A DNA stretch of 64,000 nt from Ascidiella aspersa (lineage: Eukaryota): the NCBI GenBank assembly GCA_963924565.1, contig OZ004609.1:22382001-22446000 (forward strand), read 5' to 3'. Position numbers and translations under genes: made by a program. Below the pieces are notes generated by a model that was not told the origin of the DNA, made no database searches, and saw only the letters and a program-made list of their open reading frames with translations. This document shows positions 1 to 12,900 of this stretch, in pieces; the first letter of the stretch is position 1, and each line of letters starts with the position of its first letter.

Positions 1-65
1 AATAATTCTAGTTGTAAGGTAAAATTAGGCAAAAATATGATTCAATTAAAATAGTTGTTCTACAA

Positions 66-728
66 CAGTGGTTCCTAACCGGGGGCGCCAAGCAAATCTT
101 AGGGGGGCACAAGCTCTATTCCAATATTTAACTTTTTATAATGATTTTATCAGTTTCATGTTGCTTTAGTTACTAAATCTGCTTGTGTACTGCCCTAAAA
201 ACAACTGAAGAAACAAGATCATAATTTAGCGATTTGCGAACTTTGGGGCTGTGTTTATTCAGAACAGTATGATATGGTTGAAGAAGATCTAAGTTGTGCA
301 CCATGCCACCCCTTCCACAAACTGTGCTTTGCCAATTTTAACAACAAAACTACGAACAACTTTTTGCGCATCACTAATTGGGGGGAACTCTGGCTTTATT
401 GCGCTAATTTGTAATGTTATTTGCAGTGTATAGCCCTTGTGTGCCATCACCCCTTTTAAAACACGATTAACGCAATGTTTCAATTTTTACAACATGTTTG
501 TCAAAATTAGCTCAATGAAAACCAATATATGGAGCACGAGCAGCTTTTGTGTGTCTCGAAAATTAAGGTTTAGCCAATACAAACCAAATAAACCAATTTC
601 TTTTGCGCTTTACACTACAAATTTTTTTCAAATTTGCTTTATTATTGTTGTTTAATATCTAAGAAGGGCGCAAGGCACAGAACAATTACCAAAGAAAGGC
701 GCAGTAGAAAAAAGGTTAAGAACCACTG
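66..728. mobile_element. hAT (Charlie-like) MITE
   Basis: TIRs CAGTGGTTCCTAACC (66) / GGTTAAGAACCACTG (728); 8-bp TSD ttctacaa/ttatacaa with 1 mismatch; no coding capacity. Confidence 0.8.
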
Positions 729-988
729 TTATACAAGAAGTGGTACAGAATTGGAAAAAGGTTGGGAACCCCTGAAATAGAAGGATAGTTGCTTATAGGT
801 TACTACAATTTAAGGGCTACTTATTCAGGTGTTTAAGATTATTACATAAATAAAGGAGTGTGAAATGGCAATTAGATTGTTGGCCAGGGAGATAAGAGTG
901 CTATACCTGACCAAAAATACATATTGCAACGATGTCATATGGATAGCAACTTTGTAGCTATCATCTAACATTCCTAATTGGTTTATAG

Positions 989-1491
989 CACCACAAGCGA
1001 TGTACCAAGTGCAGACCAATACTGTCATTTACCAATCTGCCCCAGTAAGTGGCATGCAAGTACCTGGCACACAAAACACATTCTACTTTCCTGGTCAAAA
1101 TGGAGCTGTGCAGCCACCATCAGCCCCACCAATGTACCCACAACAACCACCTTTGTATCCTCAACAGCAAGGAGGACCCTCCAACCCACCAGCCTATCCC
1201 CAGCAGGGGTACCCTGGCATGAACCCAGCTCAAGGTAATCAGTATTTTTAGCACACAATTTAGGTTGTTTAGATTATCTGTTCAGCGCTTATTTACAAAA
1301 CTAAATGTTTGTTTCGGCTTTAGAAATGTATGCCACAATATACAATACTCATTTGTTACAAAAGTGTAATCAACAACTTATTTTTAGTGGCAAAGGCATC
1401 TGAAGCTTCACAGTCAACTTTGCCACCTGGCTACAACAGCAACATTCAAGCCCCACCAACATATGATGATGCTACAAAGAAAAGTCAATAA
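989..1491 (+). CDS. Last two exons (989-1234, 1388-1491) of a Pro/Gln/Tyr-rich protein with PSAP and several PPxY motifs (Shisa/WBP1/VOPP1-like tail); 5' part lies upstream of the window
   Basis: AG/GT boundaries; translation QPPSAPPMYPQQPPLYPQ...PPAYPQ...|VAKASEASQSTLPPGYNSNIQAPPTYDDATKKSQ*. Confidence 0.7.
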
Positions 1492-2124
1492 GGAATGGTT
1501 GCTATTTTCTATGAATTGACCTGTTGTAACTAAAAAAAATCAGTATTTTGCCTGGCAAGCTTGAAAAGGGCATGCCTTCCTCAATTTGTATGTATATTAT
1601 AAAACCTATTGAGTTACATTCAATATGTGTACCTTGTGTTTAACTTTTATTCTGGAGTCTATGTCATAAAGACCTCTAAATAAAACAAGGTGGCATATTT
1701 AAAATAAGTAAAAGTTGCAATCACGTTCATTGGAAATTGCGGTCAACACTGCATTTTTCTTCATAGTAATATATGCTTAATTATTTATACTGTATGTTTG
1801 TACTAGTAAACAACCGCAGAACTTGATAAGAGGTGCAAATGGATTTATGGGAGCTTTCACAACTCTGTGGTTGAAGGCTTTTTGTTGTTTCAGATTTTAC
1901 CAATGCATGTTTACACTTGTTCAAATGTTTCTTTTGGGTCATATTTTTTTATGTGCAATTACATAATATTGGTGGTAACTGTGTTTGTAAAAAATAAAAA
2001 TATTACCACTATTGTAAACCATTACTGCATACTATTTCATCGTCGGAAAGAAAATAAGACAAAGGTAATAATTACAAGAAAGGTAAAATAAATAGACCAG
2101 TCATGTTTAGCTAAACACGCCAAA

Positions 2125-5100
2125 TCAACTGCGAAACATAGGGAGGACAATTTCATCCCATGATACATCCCACGTTCTTTCTCTAAACTTATCCACATTT
2201 TGGCAAAACTTCTTCAGTGTTTTTTGATCATTTGGAAAATTTTTAAATGCACTTAGAAGTTGTTGACTTAGTTCTTCTGCTGTATCAAATACAAATCCAT
2301 TGACATCCTTTTGCACAAGTTCATCTAAACTGTAACAGAACAAAAAGTATTGAATTAACAAATAAGTGCTTTTCAGACTTGTTGGACATCGCACACTTGT
2401 ACTGTAAACACAGAGACTTAATCGTTTTACTAGCATTCACAACAAGATTTATTTGATATTTTTAGGAATTAAATTAACATTTTGCGTTACATCACACGTT
2501 GTTCTCTTAACATCACAGTTTCACAGATAAACAGATAAACTTTCTATTGCACTGTTCAACACATTCGTTTAAAAATTCCGGTCTCAATTCAAACCTAATA
2601 TGAATTAGCTCGTACTTTGATTTATAACTCTACACCCCTGATAAAGATGAGCCATTAACTGCTAATTTTTAGTAAAATTTATATTTCTTGTGGCACGTCG
2701 TTAGCGAACTGGATAAAAATAAGGGGGATCAGCGTAGCATTATTACATCAGTGGAGTCTGTTTATTTGGTTTGAGTACAACATACATTTGCACAGTAGAA
2801 AGAAAGTAAGGTGATAACATCAGACACTGTATACTAGAAAAGTAGTACAGCATTGGGGCGAATGTTTTCTCACAACGTGTTGGCTTAGTTATATGACTTG
2901 TCTATGAGTGGATTCCTGTACATTGGACAGAGGACCTAAAGCTGGGCTCTAATATATATTTTAGGGACCGTAGTCGGTCTCTATTTGTCTCAAACCGACT
3001 CTGCAGCCTTGACTAAAATCCGTGCATCTCATAGATAACGATTTTATGTCATACAGTTAATTATTAATATTAGCCTTACCACGAAAAGTTTATGGCAGCA
3101 ACAGGCAGACCAGCTCCAAACATATCAACAACTTTCATTGGCAGATCCAAACCACTGGAGGAAGTGTGAAGGCTTACTCCGAGATCCCCACAAGCTAAAT
3201 TACAGATTTTAACATTGTTTAGGTGGTTCAACAATTCTAGTCACATCTTGGTGGTGCAAAGCATTAAACCTAAACTTGAGTAAAGGTATGGATTTAACAC
3301 ATAAATTGATTGAACTCTCTTGCATTTATGTAAAAGTGCCATATGCATACAAGTTGACTGTTGTTAGTATTAAGGCGACACAAATCATTTTGCAATTTTC
3401 AAAATGAACTTTTAGTTTAATTAAACTTACCAAGTAAAGTTGGATAGTCTTCTGCCTCCAGCCAAGGTGTTATGACTTCAACATGGTGCCAATCCTTTAA
3501 ACTGAGTATTTCTTGGTAATGAGCTTTATTTGGCCCCTTACCTGTAATAGCACAAAGAAGATCTGGCAAATCTGAAATTTGATGGACAGCATTTTCGTAT
3601 ACTGAAAAAAATAAAAGAATAAAAGGTTTAGTTAGCAGTCAAATAAAGCCTGTATTATTTTTTCTGTGATGCACTTACATTGCAAGGCGTCCAATAGGAC
3701 AGAAAAGTCTTCGTCATCTGAACAAAAAATAAATAGACAATATATATCTCACTTCCATTTTTGTGTTTGTGAGTATTTTAGTATTTAATAAGGTTCAAAA
3801 TAGACCATCAATTTTTATACTTATTAAGATATCTTGGAAGTTTATACCTGTCCAACTTGTGCTACTTATAACCAGGGCAGGGCGATTGGATTTCATGTTT
3901 ACATTTCCATCCGTGTCACAAGACGTAAATCTGGTTCCACTTTCATCTTCACTTGAAGAAAAGTGAGAATAATCCCTTGAAATCTTTTTGAACAACTGTA
4001 AAATAGCGCAAAAAAAGAGTTACTAAATAGGATAAAAAAAACAATTTTGTTATGTGAGAAACAATTATATTTGTAATAACATCAAGTTCAAATGTTATTT
4101 CAAAAGTTATGATGCAAGTTTTAAACCTAAAATATTTCAAATAAATAATTGCGTATAAAAAGTTAAGACTGTTTAGTTAAACGTGTCAAATATATAACTA
4201 CTTTACCGCATGTTTTTCTTTTGTGCTGAGCTTCTGAAAGTTTTGACTTGGCCGATCATGCATTACCTCTGCACTACACAATGCTAATTTACAATTAAAA
4301 ATTATATATATTTTAACCTACCAGCACAGGTTAATTTGTTACCTGAAAGATTATTTACTTATTATATTTCTACTTTTCCAACAGAATTAGGAAACGTTTA
4401 AGAATGATTCATTCTCAGAGAATTTGCCTTGTTATTTTACTAGCAAATCAATCAAAACTTTCATTACATACAAAATCAATGTAAAGATCAACAAATTACC
4501 AAATATGCCAACGATTTCCAAGATCACTTTTCATTGCATTTGTAACACAGAGATTTCCTACAGAAAGTTGACCAAATGTTTCTTCATACCTAAAATTTCC
4601 AAAAAAATTAATATAAAACATTTCACAAAAGTATGAAATTGGAACAAAACAATCTATTTAAAAATAAAGTAAACATACCACTTTGCAATCTTTACTATTG
4701 GGTGATCTTCATGTAGAGACAAGGCAAGAATAGAATATCCATAATTGTGCCAATCTATGATAAGTTTACTTCCATTCCAAAGACTTAACATAAAGCAAAT
4801 AGCAAGAGTTGGAATGCAGGGTGGATTCTATAGAAGTGAAACGTGATTGTTATCGTTCTACATCGACAGTGAATAATACCAATTTCAACGGATTCCCAAA
4901 ACTAATCAGCTTGCTTGTCAATTGGTTTTTAATATTACTCTATATTCTGAAGGTTGAAATTATAAAAAAATGTACTATTATTTAAACAAACAAAAAATAA
5001 TTCTCACTTTTCAATTTGTGCAAAGTTCAATTTATTTAAATACCTATGCATAAACATAGTTTTACCTGTACAAGAATATATTCTGAAGCATTCACCTTCC

Positions 5101-5654
5101 AACAAAGGACCCACAGCAAGCTAATGCTTTGCCACAACACTTTAAGAACATACACAAAAAACCTTGGAAGACCTAGAAACATCCAGACAAAAATACATTA
5201 AACTATTGCTTGTTTTCTAGGCATACCCCACCACATGATAACCTACCCGAAAAACTTGGCACATTTTTTAAATATTCAATGTCAATGTTCCTGGATTCTA
5301 GAATCAACTTGTGCGGGGTAGAACCTAAATGCAACAAGTCAAAAATTTTATAATAGTGTAATATTTTTACCAAAACAATCAGTTGTTACCTGAATATCCA
5401 ACTAAGTTCACTTTATAGCCATGTTTGGCAAGCGATAAAGAATGATAGGACATTCTGGGACTTCTACCAACATCCCCAAGTACCACAACAACAACTCTAC
5501 CATTCTTTTTTCCATAGATCCACAGTCTTCTTAATAAGGCAACAACTGATACGATGAGAATACATCGGAAAAACAGTGAAATTGGTGTCAATATCCAAAA
5601 ATTAACAATCTTTAGCAAATTTTCATCCATGACTATCGGGGAACTAGTACACAT
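2125..5654 (-). CDS. ALG1: Chitobiosyldiphosphodolichol beta-mannosyltransferase, ~11 coding exons; start ATG at 5654 or 5630
   Basis: Spliced motifs [106 protein letters not shown]. Confidence 0.95.
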
Positions 5655-5909
5655 CCATGCTGAGAAAACAATGTATGATGAATTGGAATCTAGTTATTCA
5701 GTTTTGCACACCTTGGGTAAATAAGTGCCAAACGTCAAACGACTAAAAAGGAAAGCCAAAATAAAAAGTAACATTCTGATACTGAGCAGCGAAGGAATCG
5801 AACTCAGTCAACATAAAAATTAGGAAACTATTTGTCACAAAGCAAAGAAGCTCCAGCTGGTATAAAAGTCGTGTTCTGTAAAACCTGTGATGTTTTTAAG
5901 TATTTGTGG

Positions 5910-5916
5910 AAAAAAA
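5910..5916 (-). terminator. Pol III oligo-T terminator of the 7SL gene
   Basis: A7 on the + strand directly after the 7SL 3' end. Confidence 0.85.
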
Positions 5917-6213
5917 GAGTTGGGTCCTGCTGTATCGAATGGGCTACGACACCTCGCCTATTCACAGGCGCTATCCCGCTACTGATCGACGTGGGAACTT
6001 TTGGCTGCTCCCTTGCGGGCCTGGCCCGGTTCGTTCCTCCTTAGACAACCTGGACATCTCAGGCTCCCCCGAGATCTCCATATTGACGCCGAGCTTAGCG
6101 CGGACGCCCGATCGACATAGGTCAATGCGCCGCAGAACTCCCATTCTCAAGCCGTCCTCCAACTCAAGCCTCCGAAGTCGCTCGGATTACAGGCCCACAC
6201 CAACGAGCCCGGC
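5910..6213 (-). ncRNA. RN7SL: Signal recognition particle RNA (7SL), Pol III gene
   Basis: Minus strand begins GCCGGGCTCGTTGGTGTGGGCCTGTAATCC (Alu domain); contains helix-6 GGAG loop and helix-8 CCAGGCCCGCAAGGGAGCAG; ends GACCCAACTC followed by T7; ~300 nt. Confidence 0.95.
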
Positions 6214-6270
6214 GAGAGAACGTGTCGAAATCGCGGTTATCAATGTAGCGCAGACGCGCCGCCCTATTGC

Positions 6271-6280
6271 ATGACGTCAT
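6271..6280. promoter_or_regulatory. Palindromic CRE/ATF site ATGACGTCAT about 60 bp upstream of the 7SL start
   Basis: Perfect 10-bp palindrome at -58 to -67 of 7SL, in the 7SL/ALG1-ASNS divergent region. Confidence 0.55.
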
Positions 6281-6977
6281 TTGATTGACAAGCTTTGAGT
6301 TCGCAGTGTACGCACGCTTGAATGAAAACTGTGTTTTAACCAACGACTCTATATTACACTGAATGACTGAAACTATCGTAATGCGAGGTAATTATTTATT
6401 TACAATGGTTCATATTGGCTTTAGCTAATTTGAAATGAATACATAGTTTCTGCTATTTATTCAAGCAGCGCACCTTTCTTTTATGACGTGGCAAGGAACT
6501 GAGATAATTTTGACACCGGCGGCGTTTCTGACGCAACACTGAATAAGCGGCGTCCAACAAGTCGAAAAGAAGAAGTTGGTACGTTAGTTGAATAAAAAGG
6601 GGAACGAAGGTAGTAGACTTTACAAGCAAGAAATGAAATTTCATTGCTTAGGAGCCAGTCGTGCGATTGATTAAAAGTCATCAGAGCGTTTGACTGTATT
6701 AGTGTGGACAGATTTATGACAAGTTCCACAGATAATTACCGTACATCTTATGTTACCGCAGTTACAACAGTCAGAAATAGTCCATTTTTTAGCCTCATTG
6801 ATTAGTTTATTAAATGGAGTAATTTTGTCTTAAGTAAATAGTAATACGCTGGTTGAGTTGTTGTCTCATAATGTATTTTGAATTAAAGGTTGCCATTTTT
6901 TTAAACTCGAAAAACAAAGTGATTTTGTACGCCTGTAATTTATATCTAAATTAAACTTTTAACAGTCAGCAACAAAC

Positions 6978-9900
6978 ATGTGCGGAATTTGGGGCTTATT
7001 TGGCTTTCACTCGGCCGACACAAAGCAGTATGACAGCGCGTTCAAGATTGCGCATCGTGGGCCCGACTGTTTCCTTCTGCAGAACATAAGTTCGCTGAGA
7101 AACTGCGTCGTTGCCTTCCATCGTTTGGAGGTGGTTGACAGCGTCAGGGGAATGCAGGTATGAATGAATATATCATGTGTAAAAACTTTAAGAAATAACC
7201 TGTTTTTGTCAAGCGACAAATCAACACGCAAGCCAGACGTTCACAACATTGACAAATCAAAACATTAGAAAGTCAAGCAATTTTCCAAAATCGTTTTATA
7301 AAACTCGAGATTAATAGAATGTTACATGTCCTATGAATAAATATGGTTAAAGACTTTATGACCGATAACTGTGAAAAGAAAGAAGAGTGTGCTACTAAAG
7401 AAATTCGCTCAAAAAACCTATATGGGTTGAACAGTTACTCATAACTAAGTCAGAAAAATACTATTCTATATTTATTGAGCTCATGCGTTTATACTAATTT
7501 TTACGACGTAATAATGGCGTCTTTATTCGTTACAAAACAAGATTTTATTTCACTGAATAGCAAAGCATGAATTCACATGGGCCTAATAAAACTTGAAAAA
7601 GATTGGGGTGGAGCGTTATCAGAACGCTTATAATAATCGTGCGCTTAAAGCAGATTGCAGGACTCGGGACTGCACAAAGTCAATTTATTTGGCTTGACGT
7701 ACTCGTAATAGCGAACTTGGAACCGATACACTGTAAATCGTATATAAGTAAAATAGCATAGGCTGGCGTATTTTCTATATTCGTATTGTGGTTTGATGAG
7801 TTAATAAAACACATCTTAATAAGAGAATATAAGGCTATACTTAGTATAGGAACTCTATTTCGGGTTTCGACTTTGCCTTCTAGGACCGAGGTGGCGTCGA
7901 GATTTATTAAACAGACTTCGCAGCCGTGGTTTAAATTAAGTGAATTATAAATAAGCAAGGTATACGCTTTGTGGTTTTGGACAACATATATGCGCTATTT
8001 CGCAACGACAGCATTATCTAATTTAAGTAATTACGCCTCGTTAAGTGTCTAGCAACAAAATATCACTTGAAAAATCTAAAGACCCTTATAGAAACCAAAC
8101 ATTTACCCTTCCGAGTTGTTTTAGGATTCTCACCATATAAGTCTGCAAAGTATACACAGCTGTTTAGATCGTAATTGTTTTTATGTAATCTATGTACGCC
8201 AATATGAAAACATAGACCAGTGATGGCCAAACGACGGTTCGCGAGTCTTTAACCATGTAAACGGCTCATACGTTTAGTTTGTATTAAAGTTTATTTTAGG
8301 ATTTATACTGTCAATTTTGGTTTGCTTCATTTTTTGATTATTTTAACGACCATTTTTTTGTCACCATAAACACGCCCTGCGTTATGGCAGTTTGTTATTT
8401 GAATGTATTTACTCGATTTCGATTGTATATTTGTGCAGTTACGGTTTTACCATACCCCATAAACGAAATCATGGCATCCACTCCTGTTTAGATCATACTC
8501 CCCCTTAATAAGAAAACGCTTAAATGTACCCTACGAAATTTTGTTAGGGTGCAGCATTCAGGGACTTATCCATAAATCTAAAGGGGGTCCTGAATTTTCA
8601 ACTTACTAAATTTCCCCATTGTTCCGTCCAAGAACCCTTACCAGAAACAGTCAATTAACTTCCTGCGAGGGCAAATCTTTAGACGCAAAGCGAACATGTG
8701 CGCCGTCAGCGCTACTGCCAGGCGCCAGCTGGGAAACCGTGTGCAATCGTCAACTTAAGTTGGAAACCTAAAGCAATACCGTGAAACATGTGTGAACAAT
8801 TTTGGTACATTAAAAATTCCACAATTAAAGAAACGCTAAGTTACAAACACGCCTTTCGCAACCAAATTGCGTCTATTGCACACTAATCAAGTGTTCTTAA
8901 AATATGCTTATACAGAGCAATTTTGCGTTTTTACTATTATTTCGTTAAAATTGATACTGTAAATCGAGCATGACAGTCACAGTTAGACCACTCATTAAGA
9001 GAATCTGCGTTACTCAAAACAAAATGCCGTTATTACCGCACCATCACCGAAAATTGGTGCAGGCAGTGAATAGCCAGGAACATTAATTACGCATAACTCA
9101 ACGTTTTAGGTACTACACTTGTTGATCAGCAAACCTAAACGAACAAAGAAAGGCTAAAGAGTAAAAACAGCATGCGTTTATGTTTTACCCAAGCCCCAAC
9201 AAGAGACGAAAGACAGCATTTTGCGTTTAAATGCGGTTTCGCATTTAAGACGCACTTCCCAATTACATTAAAAAACGTTGCCGCTTCGGACAAAGAGTTG
9301 AAACCTGTGAAAAACGAATCAAAAACGATAATATCAATTACAAAATAGGAGGTTCTGAACTAATTCTGTTTGATTTGTTACTCTCTTGAATCGGATTAAT
9401 GACAAAGGCGTTTGGCCCGCAGTTTAAAAGGTGGCACACCCCTGTTATGAACCGTTGAAGTTAAAAAGGCTCTACCGTTTATTCCTATAATGATTTCCTT
9501 TGGTCCGGGCAGACTCGTGTCGCAAATGGCCACAAGTGTTTTAATTTTTGAACATATAGATGGACATATTTCTTCTTCTACCGCCGTTCATCCATGCCGT
9601 GTTAGGACATAAAATGTAAAACTTGCAGATTATAGACCTTTGTTATGTTTGTTTTATGTAGCCAATGCGTCTACAACAATATCCACATCTGACCCTTCTT
9701 TGCAATGGAGAAATTTACAATTTCAAAAAGGTTAGTTCGTTTTATCGTTTCACTCTGTAATTAAATTTATTAGACTGCGGCGAATCCAATTTTTGTGAAT
9801 TTTATTCCTTTGTGTTTAGCTTTCTAATTGTGTGGTTATTTTAACGAAAATTACACTTTGCCTAAGATCGTTTTTCAGTTTTTCATTCGAAACACGTCTT

Positions 9901-12900
9901 CAGGCATGTATAGGTGAAAAATCTTGCATACCTCAATAATAAATGAATAGCCAAGTACACAATATTATTTTCGAAACGAAGAATGACCGAAAATCTCGTT
10001 TTCGTGGGTTAGTAATAATATTAAATCGTCACAGCTCCGGCAAGAGTTCCAGTTTAAATTTGAGTCGGAGTGCGACTGCGAGGTAATCCTACACCTCTAC
10101 AACAAGTTCGGCCTCGAGGTAAGTCTATTATCTTCAATGGAAGGCGCTGCGCAGTATTAGAAGGTTGACAAATACGCACTTGTTGACAGAAAACGTGTAC
10201 GCTTTTGGATGGCGTCTTCGCGCTGATAATCGTGGACACAGCCCAGCGCCAGGTGATGTTTGCCCGCGACACGTACGGCGTGAGACCAATGTTCTACTTC
10301 GCGACCTCTACCGGCCAGGTCGGCGTTTGCTCCGAGGCAAAAGGTACACAATCGTTCGCACACGTTTCTGTCGTTTCAGTCTGTTTAAAGCAGAGATTCT
10401 CAAACTGTGCTTGGCGACGCACTGGTGTGTCTTTTCAATTTTTCTTTAGGGGCGTGGCATAGAGATTTAGTTTGGTAACTAAACCATTGTGGTAATAAAA
10501 CACTTGCATAAATTATTATTCCACGGGCCACGGCATTTCTATTAAAACTTATTATTACAAAAAACTTCTGCAATTAATGATGATTGTTTAAATCAAACAA
10601 ATAATAATACGTTAGAAATTTGCTTTAATATACGGACTTTTGCAAACATCAGTAAAAATCATATTGCCAGGTGCTTCGAGCAACCTTTCCAAAGGTGTCA
10701 CAAGAAAAAAAGTTCAGGAGCCACATGGCTATAAGTGTTGAAAACTATATTGTCATAGAAATGTTTGAGATGATTTGCAATTTTTTTGCGATTGAGCATC
10801 CTTTATTTTTTATTTTTTGAGACTACGAGGTGGATTTGCAAAGTACTCTTTTTATATATAGGTTTAGCCAAGGTTTTAAGTAGTGAAAATGGTGAAAGAA
10901 AACAACTGAAGGTGTTTCCGCCAGCCAACTGTGCCACTTATAATTTCAACGATGACGGATTGTTAAGTTTAAAGGAAATGGTCAAGTTTCACTCGTTTTC
11001 AGACATGCCGGGTCATTGGAAATATCACGACATCGAGTTGAGTAAGGGTGAGTACTGATGAGCACGTCGTAATGGATTTTCGTTTTTAAGTTAAAGGTTG
11101 TTTTGGCGTATTTTAGGTGACGATTACGACAACGTGAAAAACAACATTCGCAATCTGTTCATCAGTGCGGTAGAGAAAAGGCTGATGGCAAGCAGAAGAG
11201 TCGGAAGTCTGCTCTCCGGTATGATGCTGCCATTATATTGGAGACTTTGACGTCTAGAACATTCATCGAAATAACGTTAAATAAAAAATTGTAGACACCT
11301 ACAAGTGTTGGTAGTTTTATGTAAGCCGTAGTTACTGACAGTAAAAAACTCACTATTGGTATTCCTACAACCATCTTAGTCGTATTTACATTGCCTGTGT
11401 TTCGTGGTTTCTAAGCAAATTAATTATCTTAAATTGTGAAACTAACTGGCCGAGAACACCCGTGTTGAGCCAACCAAATCTTAACAGATTGGTTCGACAT
11501 GTACGAATATTTATAGTCTATCTTACAAATAGAAGCAACGAAAGATTTATTGAATATTGTATACTTAATATAGAGCAATGTAAATGTAAGAAACAATTAA
11601 ATGACATTTCAGGTATCATTTTAATGCATTATTTCTCAGCAACATTACGTTTATCGGGCCTTTACTATTATTATGATTGCCAGTTTAGGAAACAAAACTG
11701 CCATGAAACCTACAAACAGTTAGCCATTCTACAGTATCTGCTGTATAAACGAATAGTAAATTGTTTAAATTACTTTGTGCTTGTAAGTATGCAAATAAGC
11801 TGAAAATGTTTGGTTTCAGGAGGGCTTGATTCTTCTTTGGTAGCCGCCATAGCTGCCAAGAAAATGAAAAACGCTAACTCGAAGGTTCTACTTCCAACTT
11901 TCTCTATTGGTATGGGTGAAGACAGCCCTGATCTCATTGCCGCTAGAAAGGTAGCCACATTAGTTATGTTTCTTGTAAAATTGTAGAATTCATATAGTTA
12001 TTATTACAAATATAGATATTTAAAACAGAAAAAAGTAATATGTGTTACATTAATAATAATATTCTACTGCTATTAATCTACGATTAAAAAAATAATTATG
12101 CTGCGTTGAAGTCATTACGGTTTCACCCAAAATGCCTATTTTTTACATTCTATGACTTGGAAAACTAGATTTATTTAGATTTTTAAATTTTTTGATTTCG
12201 ACTGAGAGATTAATTTTTTTTCCGTTGTACCAATAAGCATTTTTGATAAAATCCAAAATAAATTCAAACTAGAACTAGGACACACAAGTAATTCACAAAT
12301 TAGAATTAAATTAGATTTTAGTCGCATTTTGTAAAAAACTAGAATTATCTAGTTGTCCAAGTCTGTATGGCGTTACCATGTCCGGTGACAACTTTAACTT
12401 TTTGCTCTACCAAAGGTGGCAGCTCACATCGGAAGTGAGCACCATGAAGTTCCCGTAACAACCGAAGAAGCTCTTCAAGCCGTAGAAGAAGTGATATACG
12501 CGATCGAAAGCTACGACGTTACGACCATTAGGGCTTCAACACGTAAGTTAACAAAACGGTGCTACGGCGGTACTAAAACATTCTAACATAACCTGACTTT
12601 ACTTGCTGTGTTTGTCGTAGCGATGTACATCCTATCGAAGTACATAAGTTCGCAAACCGACACCATCGTCATAATGTCGGGAGAGGGCGCTGATGAGCTG
12701 GCCCAAGGCTATATCTATTTCCACAAGCAACCTTCGCCAGAGGAGGGAGACAAAGAGAGCAGGTAAAATTATCTTTTTATGACAGCTACATAACATGTTT
12801 ATTTTTTCGGTTACCTGAAACAGAAATTATAAGATTTTTTAGCTCAGGATAGGCCGTTTAAAAAGGTTTGCATGCTTTGTCTTTCAACTATTCGCAAACA

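Noticed and set aside
5775-5812. Vault RNA or tRNA around a B-box-like GTTCGATTCC
   Set aside because: No A-box, T-arm pairing or terminal stem evident
5832-6274. Three overlapping ORFs (70-122 aa) in GC-rich DNA
   Set aside because: Explained by the 7SL RNA gene; no protein features
11055-11085. CTGATGAG in an ASNS intron as a hammerhead or C/D box
   Set aside because: No helix II or GAAA partner, and the intron is only ~70 bp
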